This document shows, piece by piece, positions 31,284 through 39,164 of a stretch of 64,000 nucleotides of DNA. The notes beneath the pieces are model-generated. The model had not been told where the DNA came from. It did no database searches and saw nothing but the letters and a program-made list of their open reading frames with translations. Source of the stretch: Gemmatimonadota bacterium (GTDB taxonomy: Bacteria > Gemmatimonadota > Gemmatimonadetes > Longimicrobiales > Gaopeijiaceae); the NCBI GenBank assembly GCA_034521595.1, contig JAXHMG010000003.1:2784001-2848000 (forward strand), written 5' to 3'. Numbering within the stretch: position 1 is the first letter of the stretch; every line of letters starts with the position of its first letter. Both the position numbers and the translations under genes were made by a program.

Positions 31284-34200
31284 TCACTCCCGAAGAACGC
31301 GGTGGATGATGTCCAGGAGCGTGTCGGCGGTGTAGGGTTTGGGCAGGAAGTGCTCCACTCCCGAACCGAGAGCCCGCATCACGCGGCCGGTCGCCCCGAT
31401 CCCGCTCGCGCCGATGATCTTCACCTCGGGGTTCATGCGCTTCAGGGCGTGTACGGTGGCGGGACCATCCATGATCGGCATGACCATGTCGGTGAGCACG
31501 ACGTCGATCTCCTCGCTCATCCGGCCGTAGATCGCGACCGCGTCGGCACCGTCGGCGGCGGTGACCACCCGGTACCCGAATGCCTCGAGCGTTTGCCGGG
31601 TGATGTCACGGATCGAGCTTTCGTCATCGATGACCAGAACGGTCTCCCCGTTGCCGCGCGGGGCTTCTTCCCCATCCCGAGCCGGGGACCGGGTGTCGTC
31701 GGAGTCCAGGGCGGCGGGAAAATAGAGTCTGAAGGTGGTTCCGGTGCCGGGCTCCGAATACACGTTCACGAATCCGCCGTGGCTTTTCAGGATTGCCGCG
31801 ACGGTGGACAAGCCGAGGCCCGTTCCTTTGCCGACCTCCTTCGTCGTGAAGAACGGATCGAAGACCTGGGACGCGACGTCCTGCGGCATTCCGGTGCCCG
31901 TGTCCACGACGGAGACCCGGACGTGCGGACCCGGCGATGCGGCGTGGGCCATGGACGCGTAGTGCTCGTCCAGCTCCGCGTTCTCGGCGGTCACCGTAAT
32001 TCGGCCGCCGTCCGGCATGGCGTCCCGGGCGTTGACCAACAGGTTCATAAAGACCTGGTGGACCTGGGTGGGATCGCCGCGGAGGGGCCAGAGATCGTCC
32101 GGTACCTGCCGGACCAAGGTGATGTTCTTCGGAAAGGTGTCCCGCACGATGCGCTCCATGTCGGCGAGCGTGCGCTCCAGGTCCACGACGAGATCGGCAC
32201 GGTCGACGCCCCGGGCGAACCCGAGCACTTGTTGGACCATATCGGCGCCCCGCTGCGCGCTCGATTCGATGGCGAGCAGGGTCTCGGTGAGCCCAGGGTC
32301 GTCGATCTCCTCCTTCAGGAGGCCGATGGATAGGAGGATCGGCGCGAGCACGTTGTTCAGGTCGTGGGTGATGCCCCCGGCCAGGGTCCCGATGCTCTCC
32401 ATGCGCTGGGCCCGGAGGAACTGCTGGAGGAGCTTCTTCCGCTCCGTGATGTCGGTGTTGATGACCAGGATGCGATACGGCTCACCGTTCTCGTCACGCA
32501 CAAGGGACCACCGCCCTTCGACGGTGACGATCGACCCGTCCTTGCGCTTGTGATCGAGCTCTCCCGACCATTCACCCTGTTCCAGCACGGCGGTCGTGGC
32601 CTCGTCGAAGCGGACGGGGTCTTCGTAGAGCAAGTCGCGTATAGACCTGCCCCACACCTCATCCGGACTCCACTGATAAAGGCGCTCCGCCCCGGCGTTC
32701 CAATACACGACGGAGTGGTCGAGCTCACGCACCAGAATCGCGTCCTGGGCCCGGTCCAAAAGCTCCGCTTGCTCCCGGAGCCGGAGCTCCGCCCGGCGTT
32801 CCGCGGTGACGTCCCGGAAGTAGACGGCGAGACCCTCGGAGGACGGGTAGGCCCGGATGTCGAACCACCGGTCGCGGGGTGGACAGAACTGCCGGAACTC
32901 GACGCTTCGTGACTCTTCGACAGCTCGCCGGTACTCCACGTCCGCTTTCGTGCCTTTGGCCTCGGGGAAGCGGTCCCAGACCTCTTGGCCGAGCAGCTCG
33001 TCCCGGGAGCGCTCGAGGACGCGCTCGGCCTCGGAGTTCAGGAAGGTGAAGCGCCAGTCACGGTCGAGCATGTAGAAGGCGTCGGTGACGCTCTCGAGGG
33101 TCGTAGCGAAGCGACGTGCCAACGCCTCCGCTTCCCGCCTGAGCTCCATCTGGTCGTGGATATCGATGGCAGAGCCGTACCACTTCACGAGGTTCCCGTC
33201 GCGGTCACGAAAGGGGATGGCCTGCGTGAGATGCCACCGCCAGGCACCGTCGTGGCGACGGATCCGGAACTCCATACGGTAGGTGTCTCCGGTCTCGACG
33301 CTATGGCGCCACGCCTCCGTCGTCCGGGCACGGTCGTCGGGGTGGATGAGCTCCAACCATCCGTCGTCCGCCAGGTACTCTTCCGTGACACCGCTGTATT
33401 CGTGCATGCGCCGGGTCTGGTAGTCGATCCTGCCGTCCGGCTCGGCACTCCACACGACCAGGGGGAGGGACTCGGCTACCTGGCGGAAGCGGCGGTCGCT
33501 CTCCCGTAAAGCTTCCTCGGCTGCCTTGAGGTCCTGTATGTCCTGGAACGCGCCTTGCACGCTCCGGATGACCCCCTGTTCGTCGCGCACGGCTTCCCCG
33601 ATCTCACGCACCCAACGCAGCGCACCATCCCCTCGAACGATCTGGAGGATTTCGTCGAAGGGCTCCCCGTCCGTGGCGCACCGTCGGAAGCGATCCTCGA
33701 TGAGGCCACGCCATTCCGGCGCGTAGAACTCGAAGGCCTCCTCGATGGTCGGCGCGTAGCCGGGCGGCATCCCGTGGAGCAAGGCGACCTCGTCCGACCA
33801 GGCGGTCCGCTCGGGATCCATATCCACACGCCACCCCCCGATGAGGGCCATGCGCCCGATGACCCCCAGCATGCGCTCCCGCTCGGCCAGACGGCCCTCC
33901 ACGGCGCGTCGGTGCGTCACGTCCTGGAAATAAACCGCCAGCCCTTCGGTCGAGGGATACGCGCTCACCGAGAACCAGCGTTCCAGAGGGGGATAGAAGG
34001 CCTCGAAGGTAACGCTGCTGTTGTCCTCGAGGGCCCGGTGGTATTCGGTGTAGAACGGGGAGCCTACCGCCTCGGGGAACTCGTCCCACACGATGTTTCC
34101 CAGGAGCTCTTCCCGCCGGCGCTCGAGCACCCGCTCGGCCTCGGAGTTGAGGAAGGTGAAGCGCCACGCTCCGTCCAGGGTGAAGAAGGCGTCGGTGATG

Positions 34201-34724
34201 CTCTCCAGGGTGGTGGAGAGGCGACGGGCGAGGCCTCTCGCCTCCTCGTTGGCGCGCACCTTGCCGGTAGTCTCCGTCACCACCACCAGCACCCCTTCGA
34301 TATCGCCGTCGTCTCCCCTCACCGGGCTGTAGCTGTAGGTCCAGTAGGCATCCTCGAGCCTTCCGTTCCGTTCGATAGGGACCAGTTGGTCCTCGTGCCA
34401 GGTCGCCCGTCCTTCGTGCATGACCTGGTCGACCTGCGGTCCGATGACGTCCCAGATCTCGGTCCAGCAGTCTCGAGCTCGCTGCCCGAGAGCGGCGGGA
34501 TGCCGGCTGTCCTCGCCCAGGCTCGGGCGGTAGGCGTCGTTGTAGATCTGGACGAGCTCCGGCCCCCACAACAGGACCATGGGGTGCCGTGACTCGAGGA
34601 CTGTCCCGACGGTGATCCTGAGGCTCGTAGGCCACTGGTCGGGCGCCCCGAGGGGCGTCGACGCCCAATCGTGGCGGCGGCAGCGGGCGGCCATCTCGCC
34701 GGAGCCGGGGAAGATCTGTTGCAC
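31284..34724 (-). CDS. Cytoplasmic multi-PAS hybrid histidine kinase
   Basis: DWASTPLG N-domain, several PAS/PAC units, GGITHDLNN, GKGTGLGL and a C-terminal REC (TDMVMP, LPKPY). Confidence 0.92.
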   Translation of the reverse strand: MQQIFPGSGEMAARCRRHDWASTPLGAPDQWPTSLRITVGTVLESRHPMVLLWGPELVQIYNDAYRPSLGEDSRHPAALGQRARDCWTEIWDVIGPQVDQVMHEGRATWHEDQLVPIERNGRLEDAYWTYSYSPVRGDDGDIEGVLVVVTETTGKVRANEEARGLARRLSTTLESITDAFFTLDGAWRFTFLNSEAERVLERRREELLGNIVWDEFPEAVGSPFYTEYHRALEDNSSVTFEAFYPPLERWFSVSAYPSTEGLAVYFQDVTHRRAVEGRLAERERMLGVIGRMALIGGWRVDMDPERTAWSDEVALLHGMPPGYAPTIEEAFEFYAPEWRGLIEDRFRRCATDGEPFDEILQIVRGDGALRWVREIGEAVRDEQGVIRSVQGAFQDIQDLKAAEEALRESDRRFRQVAESLPLVVWSAEPDGRIDYQTRRMHEYSGVTEEYLADDGWLELIHPDDRARTTEAWRHSVETGDTYRMEFRIRRHDGAWRWHLTQAIPFRDRDGNLVKWYGSAIDIHDQMELRREAEALARRFATTLESVTDAFYMLDRDWRFTFLNSEAERVLERSRDELLGQEVWDRFPEAKGTKADVEYRRAVEESRSVEFRQFCPPRDRWFDIRAYPSSEGLAVYFRDVTAERRAELRLREQAELLDRAQDAILVRELDHSVVYWNAGAERLYQWSPDEVWGRSIRDLLYEDPVRFDEATTAVLEQGEWSGELDHKRKDGSIVTVEGRWSLVRDENGEPYRILVINTDITERKKLLQQFLRAQRMESIGTLAGGITHDLNNVLAPILLSIGLLKEEIDDPGLTETLLAIESSAQRGADMVQQVLGFARGVDRADLVVDLERTLADMERIVRDTFPKNITLVRQVPDDLWPLRGDPTQVHQVFMNLLVNARDAMPDGGRITVTAENAELDEHYASMAHAASPGPHVRVSVVDTGTGMPQDVASQVFDPFFTTKEVGKGTGLGLSTVAAILKSHGGFVNVYSEPGTGTTFRLYFPAALDSDDTRSPARDGEEAPRGNGETVLVIDDESSIRDITRQTLEAFGYRVVTAADGADAVAIYGRMSEEIDVVLTDMVMPIMDGPATVHALKRMNPEVKIIGASGIGATGRVMRALGSGVEHFLPKPYTADTLLDIIHRVLRE

Positions 34725-34889
34725 GTAGGCACCGGGGTGAGCGTTGGGGAGGGGCTATGCTCCCCTGAGTATTGCTCGTCGTTGGACGAAGGGCAAAGGT
34801 ACCGATGTGCTCGGGGCCCAGGCAGCGCGCATTGCACCACCCGTCAGGGATATCTACCGTGTGCAAAGCCATCCGCCCCCCAGCAGCGT

Positions 34890-35597
34890 TTGACCTTGAC
34901 CCTCTCCGACGCCAAGACCTCGCACCTCGCCCCGGAAGCCCCACACGCGGAGCTTGCCCGGAGCTACCTCGAACACCTCCTGGCGGGACGCCGGACCGAG
35001 GCGGGCGACCTCGTGCTGGACGCCGTCCGCGCGGGAACCCACGTCAAACAGGTCTACCTCCACGTCTTCCAGCCCGTACAGTGGGAGATCGGTCGGCTCT
35101 GGCAGACGGACCGGATCAGCGTGGCGAAAGAGCACTTCTGCACCGCCGCCACCCAGTTGATCATCTCGCAACTCTACCCATGGGTGTTCTCGGGAGTGCG
35201 CGAACGGGGCACCATGGTCGCGACGGCCGTGCCGGGCGAGTTGCACGAGCTGGGCATCCGGATGGTCGCCGACTTCTTCGAGATGGCGGGATGGGAGACG
35301 GCCTACCTCGGCGCGAACGTTCCGGCGGACGGCGTTGCGCAAATGGTCGACGAAAAGGCGGCGGACGTGTTGGCGGTGTCCGCCTCACTCCTCGAGCACG
35401 TCGATGCGGTCCGGGAGGTCGTGGATACCGTGCGGGCGCTCCCGGGGCGCGACGACCTGATCATTCTGGTGGGCGGACACCCCTTCAACGCGGACCCCGA
35501 GCTCTGGCGAAGCCTGGGCGCCAACGGCTACGCCCACGATGCGGAGCAAGCGGTGGCACGGGCCGAGGCGATGGTGCCGGGGCGAGGTGCGTCATGA
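34890..35597 (+). CDS. Stand-alone cobalamin-binding protein (CarH/AerR-type B12 domain)
   Basis: EIGRLW-x9-EH, GELHELG, YLGANVP, VGG and GANGYA. TTG start uncertain. Confidence 0.88.
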   Translation: MTLTLSDAKTSHLAPEAPHAELARSYLEHLLAGRRTEAGDLVLDAVRAGTHVKQVYLHVFQPVQWEIGRLWQTDRISVAKEHFCTAATQLIISQLYPWVFSGVRERGTMVATAVPGELHELGIRMVADFFEMAGWETAYLGANVPADGVAQMVDEKAADVLAVSASLLEHVDAVREVVDTVRALPGRDDLIILVGGHPFNADPELWRSLGANGYAHDAEQAVARAEAMVPGRGAS

Positions 35598-36517
35598 CGG
35601 ACGACGGTAAGGAAGCACCCGACTCGGACCGGTGGACGGAAGGTCTGATGCGGATCAACAACGAACAGGCGAACGAGCTTCGGGAGACACGCAGGGCTCT
35701 CGAGCGTGGCCGCGCGGGCGAGTCGATGTCGGAGGAGGCGCTATTCGACGAACTCACGCGGGTCAACAACGACTTCGCCAATCTCCAGCGAGAGCTCGTG
35801 CGCGCGAACACCCGTCTCCAACAGCTCAATGAAGAGAAGAACCGCTTCCTGGGGATGGCCGCCCACGACCTCCGGACTCCACTCGGCGTGATTTCGAGCT
35901 ATGCCGAATTCCTCGAGGAGGAGGCGACGGAACGCCTGACCGAGGAGGAGGTCCATTTCGTCCAGTTGATCCGCCGCACGGGTGATTTTCTGCTACGCAT
36001 GGTGAACGAGCTCCTGGACGTGGCGAGCATCGAAGCGGGGCGTCTCGAGCTGCGAGTGGGAGAGTCGGACCTGATGTCCCTGGTGCGGAACACCGTGCGT
36101 TTGATTTCGCCCATCGCCGCGGCGAAGTCCGTGGAGCTGAAGGTGGCGGACACGACCGAGATCGAGCCGTTCTACTTCGACCCGGACCGGGTGGAACAGG
36201 TGCTACACAACCTGCTCGGCAACGCCGTGAAGTTCTCCGAGAAGAATGACGTGGTGAATGTGCGGCTCGATCAGGACGGTGACGACGCCTGGGTGCACGT
36301 CGAGGACGAGGGCGTGGGCATCCCGGAGGATCTCCAGTCGCAACTCTTTCAGCCATTCGGCGGAGCGAGTCGCCCCGGGACGGCCGGCGAGGAAGGCACC
36401 GGGCTCGGACTCGCCATCGTTCGCCGCATCGTGGAGGCCCATGGCGGGGTCGTGCGCGTGAAGAGCCGAGTCGGAGAAGGGACGACGTTCAGCTTTTCGC
36501 TCCCCTTGGTCCGGTGA
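35594..36517 (+). CDS. Histidine kinase with coiled-coil N-terminus
   Basis: ELTRVNNDFANLQREL, AAHDLRTPL, NAVKFS and GTGLGL; ATGA overlap with the B12 gene. Confidence 0.9.
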   Translation: MTDDGKEAPDSDRWTEGLMRINNEQANELRETRRALERGRAGESMSEEALFDELTRVNNDFANLQRELVRANTRLQQLNEEKNRFLGMAAHDLRTPLGVISSYAEFLEEEATERLTEEEVHFVQLIRRTGDFLLRMVNELLDVASIEAGRLELRVGESDLMSLVRNTVRLISPIAAAKSVELKVADTTEIEPFYFDPDRVEQVLHNLLGNAVKFSEKNDVVNVRLDQDGDDAWVHVEDEGVGIPEDLQSQLFQPFGGASRPGTAGEEGTGLGLAIVRRIVEAHGGVVRVKSRVGEGTTFSFSLPLVR

Positions 36518-37185
36518 TCGCGGCGCAAAGGCCCGAAGGGCGGGCCGCACGCATCCTTCTCGTCGACGACGCGCCGGACCGGGTGCTCCTGGTCTCCCGC
36601 ATCCTGAGCGAAGCCGACCACCGGGTGTGGACCGTCGGCTCGGGAGAAGCGGCCCTGGAACGTCTCGACGAGGTCGCACCCGATCTCGTGCTTCTGGATG
36701 TCGTGCTTCCCGGGATGTCCGGGCTGGCCACGTGCCGCCACATCCGGAGCTCGAGAGCGGGCCCCCGAATACGCGTCGTGCTCTTCTCGGGGCTCGCAAT
36801 CACGTCCGAGACGCAGGCCGAAGGGATCGAGGCCGGTGCCGACGGCTACCTCACGTGGCCGTTGTCCCAAAGGGAGCTTCTGGCGCGGGTCGACCTCGCG
36901 TTACGCACGACCCGCACGGATCCAACAGTGCGTCCGGAGACTCCGCCTGATTCCCCCGCGCCCCGACCTCGAACCGCCATCGGCGTCCCCATCCTCACGC
37001 CACGCCAGGAGGAAGTGGTGGCGCTCGTGGCCGCAGGGCGCACATCGGCGGAGATCGCAGCCCTGCTCGACATCGCCCCGGGCACGGTCGAGACGCATCG
37101 CAAGGCCGCCATGCGTCGCATCGGAGCACGGTCGACGGCCGAGCTCGTGCGTTACGCGCTCCTGAACGGCATCGCGCACGTTTGA
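36514..37185 (+). CDS. Response regulator, REC plus LuxR HTH
   Basis: LVDD, LLDVVLP and LTPRQEEV...TVETHRK. Confidence 0.88.
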   Translation: MIAAQRPEGRAARILLVDDAPDRVLLVSRILSEADHRVWTVGSGEAALERLDEVAPDLVLLDVVLPGMSGLATCRHIRSSRAGPRIRVVLFSGLAITSETQAEGIEAGADGYLTWPLSQRELLARVDLALRTTRTDPTVRPETPPDSPAPRPRTAIGVPILTPRQEEVVALVAAGRTSAEIAALLDIAPGTVETHRKAAMRRIGARSTAELVRYALLNGIAHV

Positions 37186-37317
37186 CAGAGCTCGGCCGAC
37201 GACCTACCCGTTTCTGGGTATAGAAGGGAGCGGCGGCATCTCGTACCTTCCGGCATGCCCGTCGGCCATGTCCCATCGAGGCACGGCCGCAGCCCCCCAG
37301 GCGAATCAGAGCGAAGC

Positions 37318-37602
37318 GTGACCACACCCACCATCGTCCTCAAGCTTTACGTGGCGGGACAGACGCCGCGAACCCGGGCGGCGCTGGAGAACCTCGAGTG
37401 TGTCTGCAAGGAAGCGCTCGAGGATCAGTGCGAGATTCAGGTTATCGACGTCCTCGAGCACCCACAGCTCGCGGAAGACGAGAAGATCTTGGCCACGCCC
37501 ACCGTGATCCGGGAACTTCCCCCACCTTTGCGGCGGGTCATCGGCGACCTCTCGGAGAAGGAAAAGGTCCTCATCGGACTCGACCTCGTCACGAAGCCAT
37601 AG
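37318..37602 (+). CDS. kaiB: Circadian clock protein KaiB
   Basis: LKLYVAG, IDVLEHPQLAEDEKILATPT, LPPPLRRVIGDLS and KVLIGLDL. Confidence 0.95.
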   Translation: MTTPTIVLKLYVAGQTPRTRAALENLECVCKEALEDQCEIQVIDVLEHPQLAEDEKILATPTVIRELPPPLRRVIGDLSEKEKVLIGLDLVTKP

Positions 37603-37641
37603 TAAGCCACGGTCGCGCCTCGCCCCCAACCCCAGCGCACA

Positions 37642-39150
37642 ATGCAAGACACCGGTAGCGTCGAGAAGCTACGCACCTTCGTTCCCGGCCTCGACCATGT
37701 GGCTGGAGGGGGCATTCCGGCGGGCCGCACCACGTTGGTGAGCGGCACCGCGGGAAGCGCCAAGAGCACCCTGGCAGCCCAGTTTCTCGCGGGAGGCATC
37801 CGGGAGGCAGGCGAACCGGGAGTCTTCGTGACCTTCGAGGAGCCACCCGCGGACCTCAGGCGTAACCTGATCTCTTTCGGCTGGGACGTGGCGCGCTGGG
37901 AGAACGAGGACCTCTGGGCGTTCGTCGATGCGTCCCCGGAGCCCGAGGACGATGCGGTCGAGGCCGGCTCCTACGACATGGGCGCGCTCCTGGCCAGGAT
38001 CCGGCACGCGGTCGAACGTGTCGGGGCGAAGCGGGTGAGCATCGATTCCATCGGGGCCGTGTTCACCCAGTTCGAAGACAGCGCTACGGTGCGTAGGGAG
38101 TTGTTTCGGATCTCCGCAGCGCTCAAGCGGATGGAGCTCACGGCCATCCTCACGTCCGAGCGCTCCGAGGAGTACGGCTCGATCTCACGCTACGGTGTGG
38201 AGGAGTTCGTCGCCGACAACGTGATCGTCCTCCGCAACGCCCTCGCCCTCGACCGAAGGCGCCGCACGCTCGAGATCCTGAAGTTCCGTGGCACGACGCA
38301 TTACAAGGGTGAGATCCCGTTCACGGTCGTCGGAGAGAGAGGCGTCGTCGTGATCCCGCTCTCCGCCCTCGAGCTCACCCACCGCTCGACGTCGACCCGG
38401 ACTCCATCCGGCAGTCCAGACCTGGACACGATGTGCGGCGGCGGGTTTTTCCGTGACTCGATGATCCTGGTGTCGGGCGCGACCGGGACGGGAAAGACAC
38501 TGCTCGCGACTGAGTTCATCGAGGGTGGCGTGGAGGAGGACGAGCGCTGCCTACTGTTCGGATTCGAGGAGAGCCCGGACCAACTCCGGAGGAACGCCTC
38601 CGGGTGGGGCGTCGATTTCGCGAGCATGGAGCAGGACGGGCTCCTGCGCCTCGAGTGCCGTTATCCGGAGACCGCCGGACTGGAGGACCATCTGATCGCC
38701 ATTCGCGAGGCCGTGGAAGACTTCAAGCCCGCGCGCGTCGCCGTGGACAGCCTGTCCGCGCTCGAGCGTGTCTCGACGGAGCGCGCGTTCCGCGAGTTCA
38801 TCATCGCCCTGACGTCCTTCCTGAAGAGCCAGAACGTGACGGGATTGTTCACCGCGACCTCCCCTAATCTGCTCGGGGGATCGTCGGTGACCGAAGCCCA
38901 CATCTCGACCATCACCGACTCCATCATCCTGCTCCGCTACGTCGAGTCGTACGGTGCGATCAAGAGGGGGCTGGCCGTGCTCAAGATGCGCGGCTCGCCT
39001 CACGACCATAATATACGTGAATTCATGATCGACGGAGCAGGCATGCACATCGGAGACTCGTTCCAGCACGTGACCGGCCTTCTGGCCGGCCACCCCGAAT
39101 ACGGGGCCCCGAACGACTCCGGAGCGCCGGGGCCCCGCCCAACCTCGTGA
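37642..39150 (+). CDS. kaiC: Circadian clock protein KaiC (double RecA-like domain)
   Basis: CI GTAGSAKS/FEE, GVEEFVADNV; CII GATGTGKT/FEES, HISTITD phospho-site and LKMRGS. Confidence 0.96.
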   Translation: MQDTGSVEKLRTFVPGLDHVAGGGIPAGRTTLVSGTAGSAKSTLAAQFLAGGIREAGEPGVFVTFEEPPADLRRNLISFGWDVARWENEDLWAFVDASPEPEDDAVEAGSYDMGALLARIRHAVERVGAKRVSIDSIGAVFTQFEDSATVRRELFRISAALKRMELTAILTSERSEEYGSISRYGVEEFVADNVIVLRNALALDRRRRTLEILKFRGTTHYKGEIPFTVVGERGVVVIPLSALELTHRSTSTRTPSGSPDLDTMCGGGFFRDSMILVSGATGTGKTLLATEFIEGGVEEDERCLLFGFEESPDQLRRNASGWGVDFASMEQDGLLRLECRYPETAGLEDHLIAIREAVEDFKPARVAVDSLSALERVSTERAFREFIIALTSFLKSQNVTGLFTATSPNLLGGSSVTEAHISTITDSIILLRYVESYGAIKRGLAVLKMRGSPHDHNIREFMIDGAGMHIGDSFQHVTGLLAGHPEYGAPNDSGAPGPRPTS

Positions 39151-39164
39151 GATAGACGATACTC

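Noticed and set aside
31284-34724. LOV or phytochrome photosensor within the PAS kinase
   Set aside because: No GRNCRFLQ or PASDIP motif was seen.
34766-34771. Single TGAGTA near the B12 gene
   Set aside because: One copy only, with no 11-bp phasing.
34890-35597. Methyltransferase corrinoid protein
   Set aside because: It has the W-x9-EH photoreceptor-type motif and kinase neighbours, with no methyltransferase nearby.
36514-37185. Response regulator as a KaiA3-type chimeric KaiA
   Set aside because: The C-terminus is an ordinary LuxR HTH with no recognisable KaiA-like region.
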